DNA of 64,000 bases from Parachlamydiales bacterium (GCA_050302075.1 JBNLAH010000002.1:32606-96605), one strand, 5' to 3'; shown: positions 19,462-29,531, counted from the stretch's first letter. The notes: generated by a model not told the origin, from the sequence alone. A program made the numbers and translations.

Positions 19462-21261
19462 TTATTCCCAATAGAACTTAATCCCACTTCTTTTTGCTCC
19501 TAATTTAACTAGGTAATCATAAATTTTAGGGTTCCAGGCAAAAGCATAATCCAGCGGAGTCATCCCTGAAGAGTCCAAGGTATTAATGTCAGCTCCTTTT
19601 TGGAGTAACAGATCAATTAGAGTGGTTGCATAGGAATTTAAAGAAGCAGCTGCTTGATGGATGGGTTCTCTTCCTACATCATTTAAAACATGAATATCAG
19701 CTCCTTTTTCAATTAATAATTTACAGATATCAATTCCTTCTTTTGTAAATTCATGCGCAAAGAAAGATAAAAAGCTATAACCATAATGGGGTTTATTTAC
19801 TTGAAGGAATCCTTTATTGATAACGAATTCTATTGCTTCATAAAAACTAGTTTTAACACCATCTCTTACGGAATCTTCACTAACATATCCCAATTGCATT
19901 AAATGGTTAATGCAATCTAGTTTTCCTTGCTTTCCAAAAATTTGATTTGTTTGCTGTGTCATTGCTTCAAACACTAATCTATCTTTTTGTAGCTTAGATG
20001 AACTATCAATTTCAAAAAAATACTTCATAGCTTCTAAGTTTCCATATTTTGCCGCATATATAACGGGAAGTCGATGGGGAGAGCATAGATCCTCGTACGA
20101 AGTACCACTAGATAAAATGAGTCTAACTGTGTCTGCATTACAAGCCATTGCTGAATAATGAAGGGCTGTTAATTTGAATAGACCATTGTGTTTTACCGAA
20201 ACATCTGCACCAGCCTCAATACAAGCTTTAACCATTTCATTTTTCCCCAAGTAACAGGCTTGGACAAGCGGTGTCCATTCTTGTTGAAATGGTCCTCCTT
20301 TTTGATAAGCTAGAAGTTTATTGTCAGAAGTGTATTTTCTAAGTAATCTGATGGTATCAGGATTATTGGAGTTGACTGCATAATGAAATACAGAATGTCC
20401 ACGATAATCAAGTGCTGTAACTGAAGCACCTTTTTCTAAAAGATATTTCATTAAGCTAGTATTGCCAGTTTCTGAAGCAAAGTGAAGAGGAGTCCTATCT
20501 TGAGTTTTTTCATATTGATTTACCTTTTCTCCGCAAATTTCAATTAAATACTCGACGATTCCGCGGTTTTGCTTTTTTACTGCATAATGTAATACAGGAA
20601 GTCCATCTGGATTATTTTTATATTGATAAAGGGTATTTAAGAGTTGGATATGTGGGGTGAGTTGGTTAACTCTTATAGCACACATTGCCAAATGTCCAAA
20701 TCCTTCTAAGTAATTTCCTTTCTTGAGTTCTTTAATTGAAGAATGACCTCCTAAAATAACCTGACAGACAAGAGAAAGAACCTTGTACTCCAAAGAGCCA
20801 TTTGTCATGGTCAACAAATAGAAAATGTTATTTGCAAGTTGAAGAGTCTCTTGAATGATCTTATCTTTATTGCCACTTGTCATTGCTTGAAAAAGATGAT
20901 ATCCATTTAAAGCTAAGTCTTGCCCTGTTGTGATTAACATCCCAATCGGGTGCAAAAGAATAGTTCCTGCAATAGAAGAAACAGCTATGGTTGTATTTAG
21001 AAAAGATTTACCAACTTTATAGATATCTCCATCACTAATAGAGGATAATAACTCAACTGAGCAAGTAAACGTTCTAGCTGCACTTGTTCCGATTGCTAAA
21101 GTTTTTCCAAAGGGTTTATATAGACTAATAAAAGGAAGAGCTACTAAAGCAACACGTTGAGCTTTATTTAAGAGCTTTGTTTTGTCATTTTGATGTGATA
21201 AATCATTTCGATAATCTTTATGAAAATAAATAGGTTCTTTAATATTTGAAATTTTATTCAT
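19462..21261 (-). CDS. ankyrin-repeat protein with hydrophobic N-terminal region
   Basis: Multiple ANK units (e.g. GLPVLHYAVKKQNRGIVEYLI, RTPLHFASETGNTSLMKYLLEKGASV, GMTPLDYAF). The first ~200 aa contain hydrophobic segments. Confidence 0.8.
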   Translation of the reverse strand: MNKISNIKEPIYFHKDYRNDLSHQNDKTKLLNKAQRVALVALPFISLYKPFGKTLAIGTSAARTFTCSVELLSSISDGDIYKVGKSFLNTTIAVSSIAGTILLHPIGMLITTGQDLALNGYHLFQAMTSGNKDKIIQETLQLANNIFYLLTMTNGSLEYKVLSLVCQVILGGHSSIKELKKGNYLEGFGHLAMCAIRVNQLTPHIQLLNTLYQYKNNPDGLPVLHYAVKKQNRGIVEYLIEICGEKVNQYEKTQDRTPLHFASETGNTSLMKYLLEKGASVTALDYRGHSVFHYAVNSNNPDTIRLLRKYTSDNKLLAYQKGGPFQQEWTPLVQACYLGKNEMVKACIEAGADVSVKHNGLFKLTALHYSAMACNADTVRLILSSGTSYEDLCSPHRLPVIYAAKYGNLEAMKYFFEIDSSSKLQKDRLVFEAMTQQTNQIFGKQGKLDCINHLMQLGYVSEDSVRDGVKTSFYEAIEFVINKGFLQVNKPHYGYSFLSFFAHEFTKEGIDICKLLIEKGADIHVLNDVGREPIHQAAASLNSYATTLIDLLLQKGADINTLDSSGMTPLDYAFAWNPKIYDYLVKLGAKRSGIKFYWE

Positions 21262-21521
21262 AATTATTCTCTTTTAATATGGGGTATATTATATCAAATT
21301 AATTAGTTTTGTAAAAAATGTTAAAATTAATTTAATTTGAAAATAAATAAATCAGTTTAGAGGTTGTATATTAAAAAACTTTTCTTGGGGAGTGATTAAA
21401 TGATTTATTAAATAGTTTTTATGCATGTTGATATAACTAAATCATTTATATATTTTGAGATTGTTTACAACAGCTGGAAATTTTTATTGAGACATCTTAA
21501 ATACTTTTTTTAAAAAAATAA

Positions 21522-21938
21522 TTGATGAAATCTCTTTCTTTCTATATTTTTTTATTGAAAAAATTGGCAAAAAAGGAATTTTTAGGGATTCATATGACAG
21601 TATCCACTATAAATGCAGAAATAATAATAAGCGAATATGCACAAGTAAAATTTAGTGTCCTAGGCTCTAATAAGGTTTTTCAGTTTGAACAAGCATTTGG
21701 ATATATAAAAGGGCTATTTGATAGTCATGATAAAATATCAATTACTGATGTTGTAGTATGTCGTTCTATTGTAATACAACTTAGTAATGGTTCTTTACGT
21801 CATGAGCAGCAAATGTGTATTGGCTCGGAATCATATAATCCTGAGAAGTTTTTAAAAATGATGCAGTATGAAAAAGGAATTTCAAACAATGCTTGGGTGG
21901 ACTATATATCATCAGTCTCCTTGGAAAATAAGAAATAG
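21522..21938 (+). CDS. hypothetical protein
   Basis: 138-aa ORF; the internal Met at MTVSTINAE is a plausible alternative start. No motif recognised. Confidence 0.35.
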   Translation: MMKSLSFYIFLLKKLAKKEFLGIHMTVSTINAEIIISEYAQVKFSVLGSNKVFQFEQAFGYIKGLFDSHDKISITDVVVCRSIVIQLSNGSLRHEQQMCIGSESYNPEKFLKMMQYEKGISNNAWVDYISSVSLENKK

Positions 21939-21990
21939 AGAGATTAAAGATTTTCCAGCTTAGTGATTGGGGAGTGGAGAGACTCTCTTT

Positions 21991-22036
21991 GAACTTTTCG
22001 ATAGGATAAATTTAATCGAAATCTATTCATTGATCT
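21991..22036 (+). repeat. 46-nt repeat, copy A (downstream of 21522..21938)
   Basis: gaacttttcgataggataaatttaatcgaaatctattcattgatct matches copy B at 22631..22676 with 5 mismatches. It sits in a short open frame (21967..22047). Confidence 0.7.
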
Positions 22037-22149
22037 CATTTTTTTAGAGGATATTATAATAATATAGTTTTTATGAATTGTTTATTTTAATAGATTTATA
22101 ATTTTTCCACTTTTATAATTAACCTCTTTTTACCTTTGGAGAACTGACT

Positions 22150-22503
22150 ATGACTTATTCTATTAATACATCATCAATAACTGGAAAAGCTATAGTAGTT
22201 GGGGCTGCTGCTTTTATAGTAGGTTCTGTTCCTCCTATGACTGCTGCAATTGTTGGCGGTACCTTTGCTTTAGTCTCTCAAGTTACTGCGCCTTTCTTCA
22301 GAGAAGATGGCATTCTGTCTTTTATTTTTAATGTAGCAGCAACCACATCGATGGTGAATCTTTTATCTAAACACAGTCTTACATTTAGTAATACTGCCTA
22401 CACAACTTTTCTGCCGATTTTAGCAATTCTTAAAATTATTACCTTTGCGGGATTAATTGTAGGAGCTGGTTTGCTAGCTAATGCAGTATATAGGAATGCC
22501 TAA
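22150..22503 (+). CDS. small Inc-like membrane protein (bilobed hydrophobic domain)
   Basis: 117 aa. AIVVGAAAFIVGSVPPMTAAIVGGTFALV forms two hydrophobic lobes split by a short loop. A second hydrophobic pair lies near the C-terminus. Confidence 0.4.
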   Translation: MTYSINTSSITGKAIVVGAAAFIVGSVPPMTAAIVGGTFALVSQVTAPFFREDGILSFIFNVAATTSMVNLLSKHSLTFSNTAYTTFLPILAILKIITFAGLIVGAGLLANAVYRNA

Positions 22504-22630
22504 TCTTATCAAAATTAGATCGTTTTCGAGTTTGGGTATCTTTAAAACCTTTTTATAGCTATTTGAAGCTATCTAAGTTTTTATGCATTCTTTTTCAAGA
22601 TTTATCAATAATGGTGAGGAGATGCGTTCA

Positions 22631-22676
22631 GAACTTTTCGATGGGATTAATTTAATCCAAACCTATTCACTGATCT
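22631..22676 (+). repeat. 46-nt repeat, copy B (downstream of 22150..22503)
   Basis: gaacttttcgatgggattaatttaatccaaacctattcactgatct lies inside a 31-codon ORF at 22583..22678. Confidence 0.7.
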
Positions 22677-22763
22677 AATAATTAAGGATTTTTAGTGGCC
22701 ATGGGAACTGTTGTTTACCATGGCACACCGATTTAATATTTTTAAGAAATAAGCTTTGTTGAA

Positions 22764-23891
22764 TTAAGAGAGGTCTCTATTAGAAAAAAGCTGATTAAGA
22801 ATAAGTTTGATTCTAGCAAAAAAACTTCCTTTTTTGGAAATTCTGACCCTTCCATTATCTTCAATAATAAATTGATCTACGCTCTTAATAAATAAGAATT
22901 TTGAGTCCAACTTTCTTTTGCATTTATTTAAATTAGATTTTACTGCGTCAAGCATACGTATTGCATTTGCAAGCTGCTCTACAGATAAAGGAAATTGCTG
23001 CATTAAGTCGTTATATTTTTTGATTTGATTATCAAGTTCTCTAATTTCACTCTCCAATTCCGCATAAGATCTTTTTTGGTTTAATTTCTTTAAGCTTGTT
23101 TCAAAACTATTAATAATTGATGGGATATCTTTTTGTGACACTGGTTTTTCTACTAACCCTGTGCTTCTATCTGCAACTGAACTTGGTCTTGGATTTATTG
23201 GAGATTCTACAGCAGCAGGAATGGATATTGACGCATCTTCTCTAAGTACTGGTTCTTCTTCTAAATCTGTGCTTTCAGCTATAACTGAACTTGGCTCTAG
23301 ATCTACTGGAATTTCTCTATTTTCATCGTTATTTAAAGCATCTATATCCTCAGAATATCTTTCTACAAATTCAGATGAATCCTGCAGTCTATCTTTAAAA
23401 TTCGATATTCTTCTACGGATTTCAGAAAGTCCTAAGTAATATTTATCTTTTTCATTTATTTTTCCTAATTCATAATCTAACTGTCCAATAATTCCCTCAA
23501 TATCAGCTAAATCAGTATGATCAAAAGGTACTCCTGATCTAAAACATTCTAAGCAGGCATAAAAATATTCAAAAATTAATTCTAAATCATTTTTGATTGT
23601 TTTAACTTTAGAATCAGAAGCTTTAGAACTAATTTTTCTTGAGATATCTTGAAGTTTGTGAACAGCTCCATCACAAAGTTCTAATCTTATTTTTATTTGC
23701 TTAGACTGGCTTCTATCCCAATTAGGCATACAATTTCTTTCTTTTTCAATAAGAAAAATACTTGAAGCAACTTGATTAATTAATCTTTTTTGGGAATCTT
23801 CATTAACTTTTTTGGTTTTATCAAGATTAGACTTGCATCTATCAAAATAATTTATAAATGATACTAATCGATCATAATGATAAACTGACAT
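22764..23891 (-). CDS. hypothetical coiled-coil protein with acidic Pro/Ser-rich internal repeat
   Basis: 375 aa. Helical, heptad-like N- and C-terminal parts. Central near-repeat PSSVIAESTDLEEEPVLRED / PSSVADRSTGLVEKPVSQKD. Confidence 0.45.
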   Translation of the reverse strand: MSVYHYDRLVSFINYFDRCKSNLDKTKKVNEDSQKRLINQVASSIFLIEKERNCMPNWDRSQSKQIKIRLELCDGAVHKLQDISRKISSKASDSKVKTIKNDLELIFEYFYACLECFRSGVPFDHTDLADIEGIIGQLDYELGKINEKDKYYLGLSEIRRRISNFKDRLQDSSEFVERYSEDIDALNNDENREIPVDLEPSSVIAESTDLEEEPVLREDASISIPAAVESPINPRPSSVADRSTGLVEKPVSQKDIPSIINSFETSLKKLNQKRSYAELESEIRELDNQIKKYNDLMQQFPLSVEQLANAIRMLDAVKSNLNKCKRKLDSKFLFIKSVDQFIIEDNGRVRISKKGSFFARIKLILNQLFSNRDLS

Positions 23892-24293
23892 AACTTCCTT
23901 CCTTATTATTTTAATAATAAAAATTATACCATAATTTTAATTTTAAAACAATTTGTAATTAACTATGATTAAAGGTTAATTATATATAAAAACCGAAGTT
24001 ATTGCTTGTTAATTACTTATTTGATGATTTTTAAACGATTAAAAATCAAACTTATTTAAGTATTTAGTTGTTAATGATTTATAAAATTAATAGCTAGTTA
24101 ATTAACCTAAGTAATTAAGTGAGAGTGGCAAGTACGCGAGAGATATCATTTTAAACTCCCATAGTTCAATAATAGGAGGTCTTTGTAGCCAAATTCAAAA
24201 TGAAGTCTAATTACGATTTAATGAGAAATGTGATTATTTATTCACAGGTTGAAAGTGAATAACTTATTTAGATATTTTTAGAATTTTTAATAT

Positions 24294-24318
24294 AAAAAAG
24301 GCCGCTTTAAGCGGCCTT
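24294..24318 (-). terminator. rho-independent terminator of pnp
   Basis: 8-bp GC-rich stem aaggccgc / gcggcctt with a 5-nt loop. On the minus strand it is followed by a T-run (the plus-strand A-run at 24294-24299). Confidence 0.7.
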
Positions 24319-24324
24319 GTTAGC

Positions 24325-26424
24325 TTATTTATTTGCTAAAAGCACCTTGTGACTTAACTTGATTTGTCCTCTATCATTGACATTTAAGACTTTCACATCG
24401 ATTTTATCGCCAACTTTGTAAAAATCATTTAAGTTCTCGATTCTAGAGTGCGAAACTTCAGAAATATGACAAAGCCCTTGTTTGCTGAAAATTTCAACAA
24501 AAAGACCGAAATCAGTAATGGTTTTTATAGTTCCACTATAGATTTTTCCAACTTCAACTTCACCGACTAAGTTTATGATAATTTCCTTAGCTCTTTCTAT
24601 TGCCTCAGCATCTGTAGATGCAACGCTGACAAGTCCATCGTCACTAATGTCAATTTGAACACCGGTCTCTTCTGTAATTGCTCTGATTTGTTTTCCACCA
24701 GGGCCAATTACAGTTCCAATTTGGTTTTGTCTTATTTGGATAGTCTCTATTTTTGGGGCATATACAGATAGTTTTTCTTGAGATCTAGGGCAAACATTAA
24801 GCATCTCATTTAGGATATGAACTCTACCTTTTTTCGCTTGTTCCAAAGCAGCTCGCATTATTGTCGAAGTAATTCCTTCTACTTTTATGTCCATTTGGAA
24901 AGCTGTTATCCCGTCTTTGTCTCCGGTGATTTTAAAATCCATATCACCAAGTGCATCTTCTGCTCCTAATATGTCGGACAAAATTTCAAACTTGTCTTCT
25001 TCTAAAACTAAGCCCATTGCAATTCCAGAAACAGGCCTCAATATTGGAATTCCAGCATCCATCATAGCTAAACATCCGCCACAAACAGATGCCATAGAAG
25101 ATGAACCATTTGATTCTGTAATATTAGATTCTAATCTAATTACGTAAGGGAAAAGAGCTTGCTCAGGCAATATTGCGCTCAGAGCTCTTTCTGCTAGTTT
25201 TCCATGACCAATTTCTCTTCTACCTGGAGGGCCCATCCTTCCAACTTCACCAACAGAAAATGGAGGGAAAAAGTATTGCATGTAAAATCTGTGGGCGCCT
25301 TCTCCGTGTAGATCTTCATATCTTTGCGCCATAGTCTCGCCACCTAAGGTGCAGACAGCAATTGATTGAGTTTCTCCTCGAGTAAATAAAGCACTACCAT
25401 GTGTTCTAGGTAAGAATTTAGGTTGGATCGAAATTTTTCTGATCTCGTCTAGTTTTCTGCCATCTATTCGAACTTTCTCAACTAAAATCATCTCTCTCAT
25501 TAATGATGATTTTAATTTTTTTAGAGCATGTTGAAGATCTCTCATTTCATATTTAGATTCGGCATCATCAGGGTTTATTTTTTGAATAATTTCATCAGAG
25601 ATTTCCTTTAATTTGTCATCTCTTTCTTTTTTGCCTGATATTTTTAAAGCGCTTTTGATTTTTTCTTTTCCAAGTTCTTCTACTTCTTTAATAAGCTCTT
25701 TAGACACAATATGGAATTCAGTCTTTTTAGGCTTTCCTACTTTTTTTCTGAATTCTTCTTGAGCTTGGCAGATTTCCTTAATGGCTGCGTGTCCAAATTC
25801 AATTGCCTCTATTACTTGATCTTCAGTTAAAAAATCACAGTAACCTTCGATCATTAAAATCGCATCCTCTGAACCTGCTAAAATAAGATCTAGTTTACTA
25901 GTTTTTAGCTCATCTGGAGATGGATTTATTACGAAAGTTTCATTTATGTAACCTACGCGAACGCCACCAATTGGCTTTTTTAGAGGAATGTCAGAAATAG
26001 TTAGCGCGCAAGAAGCTGCACATATTGCTAATACATCAGGCATATTGATTCCGTCATATGAATATACAAATGACAATACCTGAGTATCATTGAAATAACC
26101 CTCTTCAAATAAAGGTCTAAGAGGTCTATCGATTAATCGACAGCCTAAGATTTCTTTTTCTGTAGGCTTTCCTTCTCTTTTGATAAAGCCACTTAGGGTT
26201 TTCCCTACAGATGAAAATTTTTCCTGATAGTCAACTCTGAGTGGAAGAAAGTCAACTCCTTCCAATGGAGTACTTGAAGCGCATGCTGTTGATAGAATTG
26301 TTGTTTCACCACAGTGTAAAAGCACAGACCCATTAGCTTGCCTAGCAACCTTGCCTGTTTCAAATGTTATTGTTTGTTTTCCTAATTTAACTGAAATAGA
26401 TTCATGTGTTGATTCTTGACTCAT
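24325..26424 (-). CDS. pnp: polyribonucleotide nucleotidyltransferase (PNPase)
   Basis: Two RNase PH-like domains followed by KH (GPGGKQIRAI) and S1 (GKIYSGTIKTITDFGLFVEI) domains. 699 aa. Located downstream of rpsO. Confidence 0.95.
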   Translation of the reverse strand: MSQESTHESISVKLGKQTITFETGKVARQANGSVLLHCGETTILSTACASSTPLEGVDFLPLRVDYQEKFSSVGKTLSGFIKREGKPTEKEILGCRLIDRPLRPLFEEGYFNDTQVLSFVYSYDGINMPDVLAICAASCALTISDIPLKKPIGGVRVGYINETFVINPSPDELKTSKLDLILAGSEDAILMIEGYCDFLTEDQVIEAIEFGHAAIKEICQAQEEFRKKVGKPKKTEFHIVSKELIKEVEELGKEKIKSALKISGKKERDDKLKEISDEIIQKINPDDAESKYEMRDLQHALKKLKSSLMREMILVEKVRIDGRKLDEIRKISIQPKFLPRTHGSALFTRGETQSIAVCTLGGETMAQRYEDLHGEGAHRFYMQYFFPPFSVGEVGRMGPPGRREIGHGKLAERALSAILPEQALFPYVIRLESNITESNGSSSMASVCGGCLAMMDAGIPILRPVSGIAMGLVLEEDKFEILSDILGAEDALGDMDFKITGDKDGITAFQMDIKVEGITSTIMRAALEQAKKGRVHILNEMLNVCPRSQEKLSVYAPKIETIQIRQNQIGTVIGPGGKQIRAITEETGVQIDISDDGLVSVASTDAEAIERAKEIIINLVGEVEVGKIYSGTIKTITDFGLFVEIFSKQGLCHISEVSHSRIENLNDFYKVGDKIDVKVLNVNDRGQIKLSHKVLLANK

Positions 26425-26555
26425 TCAAAAATCTCCTTAGTGTTTGTTTTTATTAGATAATGCTTGGCTTTAGCAAGAAAATAGAAAACAGAAAAAAAAA
26501 TTAAAGAAAATTCAGCTTTAAAATTTTTTTCTGGTCTCTAATGATCCACTGAAAA

Positions 26556-26593
26556 CCAAAAAAAAAAGCCGCACCTTACTTAAAGGTGCGGCT
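26556..26593 (-). terminator. rpsO terminator/attenuator hairpin in the rpsO-pnp intergenic region
   Basis: Perfect 11-bp stem agccgcacctt / aaggtgcggct with a 5-nt loop, followed on the minus strand by a T9 run. Confidence 0.7.
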
Positions 26594-26602
26594 AAAGCTT
26601 AA

Positions 26603-26872
26603 TTATTTACGTAATTTTAGACGAGAAATTAAGTTTTGATATCTTTTTGTATCTGTAGAGTTTAAGTACTCTAAAAGCTTTCTTCGTTGTCCCACAAGTT
26701 TAAGTAGCGCAAGACGAGCGCTGTGGTCATTTTTAGCTACTTTTAGATGTTCAGTTATCTCAATGATACGTTCTGAAAGAAGCGCGATTTGAACATCGGC
26801 AGATCCAGTATCCTTCTCGTGTAATTGAAACTTTTTTGTAATTTCTTCTTGAGTGCCTTTGTCAAGATGCAT
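26603..26872 (-). CDS. rpsO: 30S ribosomal protein S15
   Basis: [17 protein letters not shown]...[27 protein letters not shown]. Start placed at the internal Met, giving the usual 89 aa (the ORF track starts at 26884). Confidence 0.95.
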   Translation of the reverse strand: MHLDKGTQEEITKKFQLHEKDTGSADVQIALLSERIIEITEHLKVAKNDHSARLALLKLVGQRRKLLEYLNSTDTKRYQNLISRLKLRK

Positions 26873-27101
26873 GTAGTTCTCCAACTGATTGGTTTTTGAA
26901 TAATTTTTAACCTAAAGCTATTATATAACAATGTCTAAAATAGATCAATGGATAACCCCTAAATACAGCGATTTAGGTAAAAAATAGATTTTAAATAACT
27001 AAAAACAAATAATTTCTTTACAAGAAAACTTTTAATTCAAATCTTGACTCCTAATTATGAATAATTAATAATTAATTGTTTTTATTGAATTACCACGTAA
27101 A

Positions 27102-27797
27102 ATGCTACATTTTAATCCATTAGCAATCAAAACTACTCAAGAGAAGTGGGGGCATACCTATTCTTCTCGCTTTGAAATGGTAAAAGACCTTTCAAAAGCC
27201 TTAAAATATGACCTTTTAGTAAAGAATCCACATGATTTGATTGTAAATAACACTAAAAATGTCATTTTTGGTGATAATATAAAAAGAATTAAAAGAGTTG
27301 CTGCAGGGGCAATTGTGGCTCTTTCTAGCATTTATACCACAATTATGTATGGCTCTTTTGTATACTCATTTGGCTCTTCGCTTAGAACAATTGCTTTTTT
27401 TACTAATTCTAATAAATTTCAAATAACAGCCTGTGCTGTGAGAGATATCGGGAGTCGGATGATTTATTTTGGAGTATCTCCAGCTCAATTTTTCTTCTAT
27501 AAAATTCCGAAAGGAATTCTATTTGATTTTCCATGTCTTGTTAACAATTCAGTAGGTAAGATATCTGAGTCAGTTTTTAACAACTTTCTAAGTCCACTTT
27601 TTAAAATCATTAAAAAAGTAATAGTTTGGAATTACTTTCAATTGCTTATGGCTGCTCGAGTAGTATTTGACTATACATCAGAGGCCTTTACTTGGGCTCG
27701 TCAAAATATTTTCAAGCCTTTTTGGAAAATTAAAGTTGAACCAAAGGTTAATTTGTTCAAAGAATCTATAAAAGATTATAGAGTTTTTGCTAGATAG
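27102..27797 (+). CDS. hypothetical membrane protein
   Basis: 231 aa. Hydrophobic stretch AAGAIVALSSIYTTIMYGSFVYSFGSSLRTIAFF. No family recognised. Confidence 0.4.
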   Translation: MLHFNPLAIKTTQEKWGHTYSSRFEMVKDLSKALKYDLLVKNPHDLIVNNTKNVIFGDNIKRIKRVAAGAIVALSSIYTTIMYGSFVYSFGSSLRTIAFFTNSNKFQITACAVRDIGSRMIYFGVSPAQFFFYKIPKGILFDFPCLVNNSVGKISESVFNNFLSPLFKIIKKVIVWNYFQLLMAARVVFDYTSEAFTWARQNIFKPFWKIKVEPKVNLFKESIKDYRVFAR

Positions 27798-27861
27798 ATC
27801 TAGACATACTTGAACAATGTAAATTTTCATGTTATATTTGTTAAAATAAATATTTAAAGCT

Positions 27862-28371
27862 ATGTATCCAAGTTTATTTGATGAAGAAATGTCTCAAAAA
27901 GAGCTAGATGAGCTGTTCATGTTAGAGGCTTTAAAAGAGGCTAAAAAGGCATTTAAGGATGGTGAGGTCCCAGTTGGATGTGTCATTGTTCACAACAAAA
28001 AAATTATTGCGAGGGGACATAACCAAACAGAGCTTTTAAAGGATGCAACAGCTCATGCTGAAATGCTTTGCATTACTTCAGCTAATAGCTATTTTAATGA
28101 TTTTAGGCTTGAAGGAACAACGTTATATTCTACACTAGAGCCATGTGGTATGTGTGCATCAGCGATGTTCTTAGCGAGAATCAAGCGATTAGTCTGGGCT
28201 GCAAAAGACATTAGACTTGGTGCGAATGGGAGTTTTATTGACCTTTTTTCTTTAAAGCATCCGATGCATAGAATCGAGGTTACATCTGACATTTTACAGG
28301 ATGATGCATCTTTTTTGATGAAACAATTTTTTAAAAAAGTACGTTATGAAAAAAGAAAAACAGCTCAGTGA
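27862..28371 (+). CDS. tadA: tRNA-specific adenosine deaminase
   Basis: CDA zinc motifs HAEMLCI and PCGMCASA, with GEVPVGCVIV upstream. 169 aa. Confidence 0.85.
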   Translation: MYPSLFDEEMSQKELDELFMLEALKEAKKAFKDGEVPVGCVIVHNKKIIARGHNQTELLKDATAHAEMLCITSANSYFNDFRLEGTTLYSTLEPCGMCASAMFLARIKRLVWAAKDIRLGANGSFIDLFSLKHPMHRIEVTSDILQDDASFLMKQFFKKVRYEKRKTAQ

Positions 28372-28588
28372 TATTTTAAACCTTTTAGAAGAGCTTGAGA
28401 TTCATCAGAAAAAACATTTGATGAATTTTGCTAAACAGTTTGTTCCAAATATAACCGAGGAAGATATCCTTCAGCCAAATGATTATTCCGTTTTGGAGAA
28501 TAATCCCTTATTCCGATATGAAGAAGGGGTTTTTCATGGGGTTCTTGCAACTATTAGTGCGATTCAGGCTGTTTTAAAAAAAGATTAG
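28346..28588 (+). CDS. hypothetical small protein overlapping the tadA 3' end
   Basis: 80-aa ORF that overlaps tadA by 26 nt in another frame. No motif recognised. Confidence 0.3.
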   Translation: MKKEKQLSDILNLLEELEIHQKKHLMNFAKQFVPNITEEDILQPNDYSVLENNPLFRYEEGVFHGVLATISAIQAVLKKD

Positions 28589-29391
28589 GTTTTTCTTTTG
28601 AAGAACTTTCTCAGTTTAGCTTTATCTTTTCTATTTAGTCCTTGTTCTTTTGAATTATCTAAGATTTCGTCAACGATTTGAGCGTCTGACATTTTTGAAC
28701 CGCTAGAAAAGTCATAGAATTCTGCTTTATGCGCTTTTTTAATAATTATTTTCTCAAAGTTAAATAACTTAGCAAATGGACTGTGAGTTTTCCAAGCCCA
28801 TAGACAGTATATATAGGACAATGAAACCGCCAGTAGATGAGCGAAGGCAACTAGTAGTGAAATACTTGATGCAATTGTAATTAAATGTATACAAAAAACA
28901 GCCAAAATAACTTTCGAAATTTGCACAGGCATCGAATGAAAGATTAAGATTCTTGTATTAGCTTCTAGCATTAAATAAGCGGTAAGTAAGCTGTATGTAG
29001 GTATTGCAAGTCCATAGACTATATAACTGGAGCTAAATAGAAACATTGACCCTAAGAGGAATAGTCCAGATATAATTCCTGGTAGTAAAAATAAGATATA
29101 AAAAGATCTAATGCCCTTTCGACATATTACTTCCGAACCTGCGGTGTAGATTGCAAAAATGTAAAAAAGTAATTGTAGGATAGAGTTAAAAGAAATTTCT
29201 TGCATGTTAGGTTGCATAAAAAGAAAAGTGACCGGTTGCCAAAAATATGATCCTAAAAAACCAATTAAAGAAAGTCCTAAATAAGGAGCTAGGCTATGTA
29301 CTATACATGGAGCTAAAGAAAACAATACAATTGTGATTAAGAGATTTTTTAACTGTTTTGGTGCGGTAGATAAGGTGAATTTATTAAACAT
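28585..29391 (-). CDS. polytopic membrane protein, rhomboid-like (catalytic motifs apparently degenerate)
   Basis: Six or seven TMs. FWQPVTFLFMQ, AGSEVICRKGIRSFYILFLLPGIISG and FAHLL resemble rhomboid TM2, TM3 and TM6 contexts, but no GxSG is seen. Lys-rich C-terminal tail. Confidence 0.3.
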   Translation of the reverse strand: MFNKFTLSTAPKQLKNLLITIVLFSLAPCIVHSLAPYLGLSLIGFLGSYFWQPVTFLFMQPNMQEISFNSILQLLFYIFAIYTAGSEVICRKGIRSFYILFLLPGIISGLFLLGSMFLFSSSYIVYGLAIPTYSLLTAYLMLEANTRILIFHSMPVQISKVILAVFCIHLITIASSISLLVAFAHLLAVSLSYIYCLWAWKTHSPFAKLFNFEKIIIKKAHKAEFYDFSSGSKMSDAQIVDEILDNSKEQGLNRKDKAKLRKFFKRKT

Positions 29392-29531
29392 CTTTTTTGA
29401 TACTTTACCTTGTAATCTTGAGCAAATTATAACTCAAATAATAAAATGATCCTATATTTTTTCAAAAAATCTTGAGTTTATTATCTTGTAAAAGTAAATT
29501 ATAAGGGATATTTCCATTAAAGAGGCAAGAA

